From Marinicella sp. (GTDB lineage Bacteria > Pseudomonadota > Gammaproteobacteria > Xanthomonadales > Marinicellaceae), in NCBI GenBank assembly GCA_965230295.1, contig OZ246001.1:1024001-1088000 (forward strand): a DNA stretch of 64,000 bases, written 5' to 3'. The position numbers and the translations under genes are program-made. Shown piece by piece: positions 47,968 to 56,814 of the stretch. Under the pieces are notes generated by a model. That model was given only the letters and a program-made list of their open reading frames with translations, did not search any database and had not been told where the DNA came from. Within the stretch, counting starts at the first letter, position 1; the number at the start of each line of letters is the position of its first letter.

Positions 47968-50900
47968 TTAATCAAAACCATCTTTGAAGATGAGATCAAA
48001 ATCGAAAGTTACAAACAACACAAAACCATCATGATCAGTCGATCGCAATGACGTGGTGTCATCGTCTTCAAAATTCACATTGGCATCTGCTTGTCCACGC
48101 ACAAACTGCATTTCATTCAGATTCATCAAACCGGCATCGTTCATGATGACGTTGTCTAATGACTGTGCAGAACCTCTGAAAATGAACGAATACTGCTGAT
48201 CTGCAGGCAAGGTCTGAATGCCTTGGGTTAATGGATCGGCAGAAAATTCAGGCTCTGACCACAACAAATTATCCGCATCAACTGCCGTACCGGTGATTTG
48301 ACCAATCACATCGACATAGCCATCAGTAAATTCAAATGCATTGAAGTCACCAATCACATACAAAGACACATCAGGATCTTCGTCGATGATTGAACGGGCC
48401 ATTAAAGCCACTGAATTGGCCTGTTGTAGTCGTTTACTGCGCACCCGATCTCCATCGACGGCATCATCGATACTGCTTCTGGATCGCTGGTGCACTGTCA
48501 ACACATTGATTGGCAATGTACCTCCCGGTAATGTCACATCGGCTTGTAAGCGCAAGGGCGGGCGGTCGTGCAGTAATGAACCATCAAAAGTATTGATGTC
48601 AGCCGCACCCAATTGAGTGATCGTGACATTACTCAATAAATCGGCGCGGTACAAATAGGCCACATTGATGCCACCTTGATCATTGCCTGCAATCAATTCG
48701 GCGGTATAGGTTGGACCACCTGCTGTGGTGATGGCATTGATCAAATCAAACAGTACAGTGATTCGCTCAATTTCTTGCAAGCCAATGATGGTTGGAGACT
48801 TCATGTCATTGACAAAGTAATTACCCAGTTTTTGTAACCTGGCAGCGTATTCCGCCGGGTCAGCAATTTGGTCATCATCTTCAGGCTCAGGGTCATTGAT
48901 GTCATTGAACAACCTGAATAAATTGGCAGAGCCAATGGTGAATTCCGTAGGCAAGGCATCACGTACCGCACCTGGAATCACATTTTCATTGATGATTGTG
49001 AGCACCGAAGGTTGCAACTCATAATCACCAAAACCGTAACTCAGAACGCCTTGGGCCGAAAACTCGGTCCCTGCTGACAATGCTTGGAATGGCAAGCCCA
49101 AAGCTTCCACACTCATTTCAATCAACTCAGGATTACCATCAAATACAGGTAAATTTGGTAAGCCGGGGAAATCAATGCCTGGTTCCCTGAATGCCCTGGA
49201 AGAGCCCGCTTTGATCACTGCATCATCACGGTCATTCCCAAAGAACCCAGCCGATGCTGCACTGACAAAGGCTTGTGGCATATTAAAATGCATGCCTTCA
49301 TAACACTCAAAACCCAGTGACTCACTGCCACAAGGGAACATGGTTGGGTCCGTTGACGGGAAAGTGTCATCCAAAACGATTACCTCAGGTAATGGATTTC
49401 CTGAAGAATCAACGGTCACCACAAGGCTGCCAGGGTTGGCAAATTCTGTGAGGTCAAAGAACTCTACAATGTCTCCAGTGACATCAACCTGATCTCCCAC
49501 TGCCACCATTGGTGCGCCACCAGTAAACACAAAAATCCCACTTGAAGTTAATGGGTCTACATCATTACGCCCATCAGGGGTTTGCATATAAAAACCATTG
49601 GTGTCTAACGCCGTAACGATGTTATCCAAAGTAGTGACTGCCTGACCAGCATAAGGAGAAGCCAATCCATTGCCTTGGATTTCAAAAATTTCTACCTCAG
49701 GGAATCCAGCGCCAAATTGCATCACGAAATTATCACCGCCTGTGCCATCACCGTTGCCATCAAGTTGATCTACTGAACCATCCAAATCGGTGACCTCTGC
49801 AGCCAATAAAGTCAGGGTACAGGTGGTGCCATTAGGCAAGTCCGCATCCGGGTTCAAGACCACTTGTGTGGCGTTGGACACTGGTAAACCAGTAAAAGTG
49901 ATTGGAGCGGCATCACAGGTCAACGTGGCTGCACCAGCACTTGCGTCAACAGCTTCAGAAAAATTGATGGTGATGTCCGTGTCTAAAGCCACCCCTGAAT
50001 CATTATCTGCTGGTGTGGTTGTATTCACACTGGGTGGCAAGTCACCCATGCCCAAGCAACCACCAAAGGAACTTCCATCCGTCAATGTACCTGGTGAAAA
50101 CAAGGTACCTCCACTGCCGGCAGCTAAGCTGTGTTCAACGTATGCGACACCTGTGATGTCCGGTTCCAGATTCAATGACTGATTGTTACCACCCTCTGCT
50201 CCGTAAGTGTGTGTGGCCACATCACTGACTCCGTCATTGATAGTGATCGTGTCTCCACCATTGTTCAAGCCAATAAAGCCACCACTGGCAATTTGCACCA
50301 CAGAATTGCCAAATAAACCAGTGGGTGTACCACCACCAAAGACGACCACACTACAGTCTGAGGGTATGACTGTTGCGGCAGGAAATGTATGCCTGACCTG
50401 TACAGCATCTGATAAAGTCCAGCCTGAAACATCTAAATCTGCACCAGAATTGTTGTAAATTTCAACAAACTCGTCATCTGATCCATCACGGACTCCATCG
50501 CCATTGGCGTCACCTGACAAGCCACTGGCAGGATCGGCTTGAAACTCGTTGATGATGACTGGCTGGGTGGCTGATTCAACGTTAAAACTGAAGTTAACAT
50601 CGGCTGTCATGTTATCTGGCATGCCGTCCTGATCAGTCACCTCAGCTGCCACCACAACAACGTCACAGCTGCCATCAAATGGCAGGTCTGCATCCGGAGT
50701 AATGACCACTGAATTGCCCGATGCAGGTAAGCCTGTGAAGGTTTGTGTCATCGCATCACAAGTCAAAGTAACCGCATCAATGGTGGCATCAACTGACTCA
50801 TCAAAGTTGATCGTTATCTGTGTATCAACTGCGACATTGGTTGCACTGTCAGCAGGATCAGTGGATGTCACAGCTGGCGCTGTATCACCACCTCCTGAAC

Positions 50901-51462
50901 AGCCACCGAAACTGGTGCCGTCAATGCCGGTACCAGGAGAAAATAAACTGCCACCTGAACCAGTGGCTGTGCTGTGTTCAGTGAAAGTACCAGTGATGTC
51001 AGGATCTCTGGTCACTGATTGATTGTTGCCACCTTCACTGCCATAAATGTGCGAGGCCTGATCAACTAAACCGTCGTTGACAGTTATGGTATCACCACCA
51101 TTGGTTAATCCAAGGCCTCCTGTAGAAGCCGTTTGCACCACTGCATCACCGAAGGTGCCAGTAGGTGTTCCACCACCAAAAACCACCAAAGAACAACCAG
51201 CAGGGATCACGCTTGATGCCGGAAATGTATGCCTAACCAGTGCCGCATCTGACAAAGTCCACCCAGACACATCCAAAGCCGAGCCTGTGTCGTTATAAAG
51301 TTCAATGAACTCATCTTCAGTCGCATCCCTCACGCCATCACCATTGGCATCGCCGGTGATGTCTCCGGCAGGATCGGCTTGAAACTCATTGATAACTATG
51401 GAATTGCCCGCTTGTGAAATTATGCTGGTAAAAACCAGCACCAACATGGATAAGATCCTCAT
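47968..51462 (-). CDS. Exported ExeM/NucH-like nuclease: 2x(lamin-tail + Ig-like) + OB + EEP domain, C-terminal IFKDGFD tag
   Basis: Duplicated VINEFQADP...EFIELYN and TDPAD...ITINF modules; IFEIQGNGLASPYAG, GFYMQTP, SGIFVF; GLQE, RPPL, GDFN, LD, TDHD; ends DLIFKDGFD. Confidence 0.88.
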   Translation of the reverse strand: MRILSMLVLVFTSIISQAGNSIVINEFQADPAGDITGDANGDGVRDATEDEFIELYNDTGSALDVSGWTLSDAALVRHTFPASSVIPAGCSLVVFGGGTPTGTFGDAVVQTASTGGLGLTNGGDTITVNDGLVDQASHIYGSEGGNNQSVTRDPDITGTFTEHSTATGSGGSLFSPGTGIDGTSFGGCSGGGDTAPAVTSTDPADSATNVAVDTQITINFDESVDATIDAVTLTCDAMTQTFTGLPASGNSVVITPDADLPFDGSCDVVVVAAEVTDQDGMPDNMTADVNFSFNVESATQPVIINEFQADPASGLSGDANGDGVRDGSDDEFVEIYNNSGADLDVSGWTLSDAVQVRHTFPAATVIPSDCSVVVFGGGTPTGLFGNSVVQIASGGFIGLNNGGDTITINDGVSDVATHTYGAEGGNNQSLNLEPDITGVAYVEHSLAAGSGGTLFSPGTLTDGSSFGGCLGMGDLPPSVNTTTPADNDSGVALDTDITINFSEAVDASAGAATLTCDAAPITFTGLPVSNATQVVLNPDADLPNGTTCTLTLLAAEVTDLDGSVDQLDGNGDGTGGDNFVMQFGAGFPEVEIFEIQGNGLASPYAGQAVTTLDNIVTALDTNGFYMQTPDGRNDVDPLTSSGIFVFTGGAPMVAVGDQVDVTGDIVEFFDLTEFANPGSLVVTVDSSGNPLPEVIVLDDTFPSTDPTMFPCGSESLGFECYEGMHFNMPQAFVSAASAGFFGNDRDDAVIKAGSSRAFREPGIDFPGLPNLPVFDGNPELIEMSVEALGLPFQALSAGTEFSAQGVLSYGFGDYELQPSVLTIINENVIPGAVRDALPTEFTIGSANLFRLFNDINDPEPEDDDQIADPAEYAARLQKLGNYFVNDMKSPTIIGLQEIERITVLFDLINAITTAGGPTYTAELIAGNDQGGINVAYLYRADLLSNVTITQLGAADINTFDGSLLHDRPPLRLQADVTLPGGTLPINVLTVHQRSRSSIDDAVDGDRVRSKRLQQANSVALMARSIIDEDPDVSLYVIGDFNAFEFTDGYVDVIGQITGTAVDADNLLWSEPEFSADPLTQGIQTLPADQQYSFIFRGSAQSLDNVIMNDAGLMNLNEMQFVRGQADANVNFEDDDTTSLRSTDHDGFVLFVTFDFDLIFKDGFD

Positions 51463-51507
51463 ATTTTTACTCTCTCAACTCTTAATTTAGCCAGTCATTT
51501 TAGCAGT

Positions 51508-51544
51508 AAAAATATGACAATTGAGTTGCAAATGTCATATTTTT
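51508..51544. promoter_or_regulatory. Palindromic operator candidate upstream of the nuclease gene
   Basis: AAAAATATGACA-N13-TGTCATATTTTT. Confidence 0.5.
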
Positions 51545-51585
51545 CAAGGGTTTGAGCAAGATCGTTGTTTCAGCTTTTTTGGTGC

Positions 51586-51618
51586 AAAAAAAAGGCCTCG
51601 ATGAATCAAGACCTTCTT
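51586..51618 (-). terminator. Intrinsic terminator of pckG
   Basis: Minus strand AAGGTCTTGA-TTCA-TCGAGGCCTT (with G-U pairs) running into a T8 tract. Confidence 0.7.
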
Positions 51619-51644
51619 AACAAATCATAAAGTAATTTATTAAC

Positions 51645-53393
51645 TCATGACAATTTCGATTGTAAAGTCATCAATTCGTCAAACAACGCTTGCGGCACTC
51701 GATCACCGAATGCAGAAAGGAAATCTGCCACAGAGTCTGCCTCTTGTTGCCATCCAGCGGCATCAACTGTTAGCAGCTGATCCAACACTTGCATGTCCAT
51801 ATTCAAATCCTGCGTATTCAAATCACTGGCTGCCGGCAAATGACCGATGGCGGTCTCATGGGCACCGACTTGATCCTGGCAACGGGCAATGATCCATTCC
51901 AGCACGCGCATGTTCTCACCAAAACCAGGCCACATGAATTTACCTTGCTCGTCTTTTCTGAACCAATTGACTGTGAACACTTTAGGTAGCTGGTTGGCTT
52001 TGTCTTTCATACCGACCCAATGCCCCCAATAATCACCAAAATGGTAACCACAGAATGGTTTCATCGCCATGGGATCACGACGCACCACACCCACTTCACC
52101 AGTGGCTGCTGCGGTGGTTTCAGAGGCCACAGTGGCACCCATCAACACCCCATGGTCCCAACTGCGGGCTTCAGCCACCAGTGGGATCAAACTGGCACGT
52201 CGACCACCAAATACGATCGCATCAATCGGCACACCAGCAGCGGCCTCTGACTCTGGCGAGTAGCTGGGGCAGCGCTTGGCCGATACAGTAAATCTTGAGT
52301 TCGGGTGAGCCGCAGGGCCATTGGCTGGATCATAAGGTCGACCTTGCCAATCGGTTTTCGGCGTGCGATCATCCAAACCTTCCCACCATGGCTGGCCGTC
52401 TTCAGTTTCAGCCACATTGGTAAAAATGGTGTCTTGATACAACATCTTCAGGGCATTGGGGTTGGTCTCTTTGGCGGTGCCTGGTGCCACACCGAAGAAG
52501 CCTGCTTCCGGGTTGATCGCCCACAATCGGCCGTCTTCACCTGGACGCATCCAACAAATGTCATCCCCGACCGTACTGATTTCCCAACCGTCTTTGACAT
52601 AGCCTTCCGGCGGAATCAACATTGCCAAGTTGGTTTTACCACAAGCCGATGGGAAGGCTGCCGCTATGTGGTGTTGTTTTCCGGCTGGGGTTTTGATTCC
52701 CAAAATCAACATGTGCTCAGCCAACCAGCCTTCGGTTTTGGCTTGGTATGAAGCGATTCTTAAGGCATGGCACTTTTTGCCCAGCAATGCGTTACCACCA
52801 TAGCCAGAGCCATAGCTTTGGATACTCAACTCCTCAGGGAAGTGCATGATAAAACGACGATCGGGATCCAATTCACCGGTTGAGTGTAAGCCTTTGACAA
52901 ATCCACCCTCACGTTCGATGCGGGCCAAAGCGCTTTGACCCATGCGGGTCATCAGTCGCATATTTTGTACCACATAAGCACTGTCAGTGATCTCGACACC
53001 ACAACGGGCAATCGGCGAATCAATCGGGCCCATACAATATGGGATCACGTACATGGTCCGACCTTGCATACAACCAGCAAACAAATCATCCATCTTGGCA
53101 TGCGCATCTGCAGGGGCCATCCAATGGTTGTTGGGACCTGCATCGGTTTCTTTTTCTGTACAGATGAATGTCAGGTGCTCAACTCGAGCCACATCTTGTG
53201 GGTCTGACAAGTGTAAAAAACAATTGGGGTGGGTGTCTTCATTGAGTTTTTTATAGGTGCCATCTGCCAGCAGCATTTGGTTGAATTTTTGTTCTTCGGC
53301 TTCGGTGCCGTCACACCAATAAATTTGGTCAGGTTGAGTCAGTTCTGCAACTTGTTTGACCCAATCGGCCAAGGCTTGGTTCGTTGTGCTCAT
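51645..53393 (-). CDS. pckG: Phosphoenolpyruvate carboxykinase (GTP)
   Basis: DVARVE, YGSGYGGNALLGKKC, AEHM, FPSACGKTNLAM, VGDD, NPEAGFFG, HPNSRF, DPMAM. Confidence 0.97.
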   Translation of the reverse strand: MSTTNQALADWVKQVAELTQPDQIYWCDGTEAEEQKFNQMLLADGTYKKLNEDTHPNCFLHLSDPQDVARVEHLTFICTEKETDAGPNNHWMAPADAHAKMDDLFAGCMQGRTMYVIPYCMGPIDSPIARCGVEITDSAYVVQNMRLMTRMGQSALARIEREGGFVKGLHSTGELDPDRRFIMHFPEELSIQSYGSGYGGNALLGKKCHALRIASYQAKTEGWLAEHMLILGIKTPAGKQHHIAAAFPSACGKTNLAMLIPPEGYVKDGWEISTVGDDICWMRPGEDGRLWAINPEAGFFGVAPGTAKETNPNALKMLYQDTIFTNVAETEDGQPWWEGLDDRTPKTDWQGRPYDPANGPAAHPNSRFTVSAKRCPSYSPESEAAAGVPIDAIVFGGRRASLIPLVAEARSWDHGVLMGATVASETTAAATGEVGVVRRDPMAMKPFCGYHFGDYWGHWVGMKDKANQLPKVFTVNWFRKDEQGKFMWPGFGENMRVLEWIIARCQDQVGAHETAIGHLPAASDLNTQDLNMDMQVLDQLLTVDAAGWQQEADSVADFLSAFGDRVPQALFDELMTLQSKLS

Positions 53394-53501
53394 GTTAATT
53401 TTTATTCAAGTCAAAAATTGGTGGCAAACCTTAACCGCTCATGCCTAGAAAATCAAGAAAAAGCCATAAAGATGCGGCTATTTTGAAACAAATTTTAATC
53501 T

Positions 53502-53700
53502 AAGGAGTGTTGATTGCCAGCTCGACCTGTTTCCTTGATTGGCGCAGCGTAGCTGGCCGCTTCCGCTCCATGCTCACACGACAGACCTACATCCATGTAG
53601 GCCGGCCAGAAAGGAAACACATGAAACAGAGGCATGATCGCCGCGGACGCTTTCATTTATTGTGACAGACAATAAATGAAAAAAGCCCCAAGATCATACG
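53502..53700 (+). repeat. Divergent, longer family-B repeat downstream of parB
   Basis: 5' AAGGAGTGTT; CAGCTCGACC; CATGATCGCCGCGGACGCTTTCA; hairpin TTTCATTTATTGT/ACAATAAATGAAA; AGCCCCAAGA; internal CCTACAT-CC-ATGTAGG hairpin. Confidence 0.65.
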
Positions 53701-54612
53701 CTATTTGATGCGTTTCAAGATCCCGTCCAATTCATCAGAACCGTGGTAATGAATGACCAATTTACCGTTGCCTTTGCTGCTGTGTTGAATTTCCACTTGA
53801 GCACATAATTTCTCGGTGAGGTTTTGTTCCAAGTGCTTGATGTCTGCACTCTTCTCAATGGTTTTGGCTTTGGCTTTAGGTGCCGGGTTTTTCAAGGCTT
53901 TGACCAAGGCTTCAGCCTGCCTTACAGACATTTTCTTGGCTATGACTTGTTGGGCTGCTGGCAACTGCTGTTTGTCATCCAGAGCCAGTAAACAACGGGC
54001 ATGGCCCATTTCTAACAAACCATCATTGAGCATGGCCTTGACTTGTTTCGATAAATCCAACAGGCGCAATAAATTACTGACGGCCACCCGAGAACGGCCC
54101 ACAGCTTCCGCAGCCTGGGCATGGGTGATGTCAAATTCATCAATCAAACGTTGTAATGCCAAGGCCTCTTCTAATGGATTGAGGTCCTCTCGCTGGATGT
54201 TTTCAATCAAAGCCATGGCAATGGTTTGTTGATCATCCACCTGTTTGACCAACACCGGCACTTCAGACAGCTTGGCTAACTGCGCAGCCCGCCATCGACG
54301 TTCACCGGCTATGATTTCATACTTGTTGGCGGTCAGCTTTCTGACCACGATGGGTTGAACGATGCCTTGTGCTTCTATTGAATCAGCCAATTCTTGTAGC
54401 TTGGTTTGGTCCATGATGCTGCGAGGCTGGTACTGACCTGGTTGCAGTTGTTCGATACCCAAAGTCTGCAATTCACTGCTGGCACCTCCCTCTTGCGCAG
54501 CATCAGAGGCTACCTGGTCACGACTGCCTAACAAGGCATCCAGGCCGCGGCCCAGACCTGTCTTTCTGGCTGGTTTTTTGCTGGCTTTTTTCTTGGTGAG
54601 TTTTTTAGGCAT
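53701..54612 (-). CDS. parB: Chromosome partitioning protein ParB
   Basis: GLGRGLDALL, QPR, GIVQPI, IAGERRWRAA, ENIQREDLNPLEEA; start at MPKKLT, overlapping the parA stop. Confidence 0.96.
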   Translation of the reverse strand: MPKKLTKKKASKKPARKTGLGRGLDALLGSRDQVASDAAQEGGASSELQTLGIEQLQPGQYQPRSIMDQTKLQELADSIEAQGIVQPIVVRKLTANKYEIIAGERRWRAAQLAKLSEVPVLVKQVDDQQTIAMALIENIQREDLNPLEEALALQRLIDEFDITHAQAAEAVGRSRVAVSNLLRLLDLSKQVKAMLNDGLLEMGHARCLLALDDKQQLPAAQQVIAKKMSVRQAEALVKALKNPAPKAKAKTIEKSADIKHLEQNLTEKLCAQVEIQHSSKGNGKLVIHYHGSDELDGILKRIK

Positions 54613-55378
54613 GATTCCTCCGCAACAATTCACTGGCCAAGCCTTTGTAAGCCACAGCCCCTCGTGACAAATGATCGTATTCTATGGCTGACTGTCCAAA
54701 ACTGGGGGCTTCAGCCACTTTTACATTCCTGGGCACCACTGTCATGAAGACTTTTGAGCCAAAGTGTTCGCTGATCTGTGCCGCCACATCATTGGCCAAA
54801 TTATTGCGGCCATCAAACATGGTTCGCAACAAGCCTTCAATCTCAAGCTGGGGGTTCACATTTTGTTTGACCCGATCAATGGTGTCTAACAACGAGGTTA
54901 AGCCTTCTAAGGCATAATACTCACATTGCATGGGAATCAAGACGCTGTGTGCTGCTGCCAAGGCATTGATGGTTAGGATACTCAATGAAGGTGGACAATC
55001 AATCAACACAAAGTCGTAGTCTTGAACCACAGGCTCCAGTTGTTGTTTGAGAATGGTTTGTGGCTCTTCATATTCCATCAGCTGCAGCTCAGCTGCCGTT
55101 AAATCGGTGTTTGACCCGATGACATGCAATAAATCAAACTCCATGATGGCATCTGTGGCTTGACATTCATCCATCAACAGTTCACAGGCTGACAAGGACA
55201 AATCTCTTGAGTCTGCACCACAAGCCATGGTGGCATTGCCTTGCGGATCCAGATCAATTAACAGGACTTTTTTACCGAGCTGCGACAAGCCCACGGCTAA
55301 ATTGACCGTGGTGGTGGTCTTACCCACGCCACCTTTTTGATTAGCCACTGCTATGATTTTGTGTTTGTTCATAGTCAT
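54605..55378 (-). CDS. parA: Chromosome partitioning ATPase ParA (Soj)
   Basis: NQKGGVGKTTT, DLDPQGNAT, IDCPPS, QCEYYALEG, EAPSFG. Confidence 0.96.
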   Translation of the reverse strand: MTMNKHKIIAVANQKGGVGKTTTTVNLAVGLSQLGKKVLLIDLDPQGNATMACGADSRDLSLSACELLMDECQATDAIMEFDLLHVIGSNTDLTAAELQLMEYEEPQTILKQQLEPVVQDYDFVLIDCPPSLSILTINALAAAHSVLIPMQCEYYALEGLTSLLDTIDRVKQNVNPQLEIEGLLRTMFDGRNNLANDVAAQISEHFGSKVFMTVVPRNVKVAEAPSFGQSAIEYDHLSRGAVAYKGLASELLRRNHA

Positions 55379-55399
55379 CTCAATACATGCATCTGTTTT

Positions 55400-56047
55400 T
55401 TACCGCTTGATGAATTGGTACAACTTGCGTTGTTCAGTCATAAATGGCACTTCAATTTCCCACACCGCCGTTTGCTTAAAGGGCATTTCAGCATCCAGAG
55501 GCTCCGGTTTGGGGCCTTTCATGGCCAAGAACTGACAATTCTCATGACCCAAGTGGGCCGTCATGGTTAAAAATTGATTCGTTTCTGAAAAAGCACGTGA
55601 TGTTACCACATCAAATTTTTCATCAGGAAAATAATTTTCCACTCTGGCATGAACAATTTCAACATTTTGCAAGCCTAATTCACGCTTAACTTGGCGCATG
55701 AAGCGGGCTTTTTTACCCACCGCATCCAACAAAACCAATTGTTTATCAGGACACATAATGGCCAAGATAAAACCGGGAATGCCGCCACCTGTACCTACAT
55801 CTATCACACGATGCCCCTGATAGTGGTTAACCACCGCCAGTGCATCCAAAGCATGGTGAGTGAGCATTTGTTCTAAGCGATCAATGGCTGTCAGGTTATA
55901 TGTTTTGTTCCACTTTTGTAACAACAGCAAATAGTCCATGATCTTTGAGGCATGGGTGCTTGCCATTTCCAGGATGGACATCCCCTCAATCAGCTTATTT
56001 GTTTGTAACTTTATTAAATTGGCTTCGTTCATTGGTGAAAGTATCAT
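55400..56047 (-). CDS. rsmG: 16S rRNA m7G527 methyltransferase
   Basis: WNKTYNLTAI, HALD, DVGTGGGIPG, KK, RVE, SRAF, MKG. Confidence 0.95.
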   Translation of the reverse strand: MILSPMNEANLIKLQTNKLIEGMSILEMASTHASKIMDYLLLLQKWNKTYNLTAIDRLEQMLTHHALDALAVVNHYQGHRVIDVGTGGGIPGFILAIMCPDKQLVLLDAVGKKARFMRQVKRELGLQNVEIVHARVENYFPDEKFDVVTSRAFSETNQFLTMTAHLGHENCQFLAMKGPKPEPLDAEMPFKQTAVWEIEVPFMTEQRKLYQFIKR

Positions 56048-56169
56048 AAAATGTGACTTTTAACCCATGATATGGCACTAATAATCAGTAAGCTAATAAT
56101 ACACAGCACTGAGGCTGACAAACACAGGGATCAGACAGCCACATCATAACAAAAAAGGCGAATTATTAC

Positions 56170-56808
56170 ATGAATTTTGATAAAGCGAGACACAACATGG
56201 TCACCCAGCAAGTACGCTCATGGGATGTGATCAATAAAGACATTTTGAATGCCATGCTGAATGTACAAAGGGAAGAATTTGTTCAAGTTCCTCAACGGAA
56301 GTTGGCCTTTGCTGATTTGGCGCTGCCCATTGGTCACGATCAAAGCATGATGAAACCAGTGATTGAAGGACGTATGCTACAAGCACTTGATCTTGAGGCA
56401 TCGCATTTGGTTTTGGAAATAGGCACTGGCAGTGCCTATGTGACTGCATTGATCAGTCAATTGGTCAGCCATGTGCATTCGGTTGAGCTGTATGATGACT
56501 TTACCGCCGCAGCCAAGCAAAAACTCAAAGAGAATCACATTGAAAACGTCACCTGTGAAACGGATGACTTTTTTACATTTAAGCCAGTGCAAAAATATGA
56601 CCGGGTGGTCATTACCGGCGCGTTGGAGGATATACCAAGTCATGTATTTGATTGGTTGAAAAAAGATGGCAAAGTTTTTGCCATCATTGGTCAGGAACCC
56701 ATCATGGAAGCCAGGGTCTATGATTCCACAGGTGAATATACATCTCATTTTGACACGGTTGTAGCCAAATTGGTGCAACCGGATCAACAACAAACATTTA
56801 AACTCTAG
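56170..56808 (+). CDS. pcm: Protein-L-isoaspartate O-methyltransferase family protein
   Basis: ARHNMVTQQVRSWDV, REEFV, VLEIGTGSAY; upstream of tolC. Confidence 0.88.
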   Translation: MNFDKARHNMVTQQVRSWDVINKDILNAMLNVQREEFVQVPQRKLAFADLALPIGHDQSMMKPVIEGRMLQALDLEASHLVLEIGTGSAYVTALISQLVSHVHSVELYDDFTAAAKQKLKENHIENVTCETDDFFTFKPVQKYDRVVITGALEDIPSHVFDWLKKDGKVFAIIGQEPIMEARVYDSTGEYTSHFDTVVAKLVQPDQQQTFKL

Positions 56809-56814
56809 GATCTT

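Noticed and set aside
53613-53628. parS-like GGAAACACATGAAACA downstream of parB
   Set aside because: Only the right half matches TGTTTCACGTGAAACA; it is not palindromic and lies within a repeat element.
56048-56169. Possible riboswitch before pcm (CTGAG, GGCTG/CAGCC stem)
   Set aside because: Lacks the remaining conserved TPP-riboswitch core; only a short hairpin.
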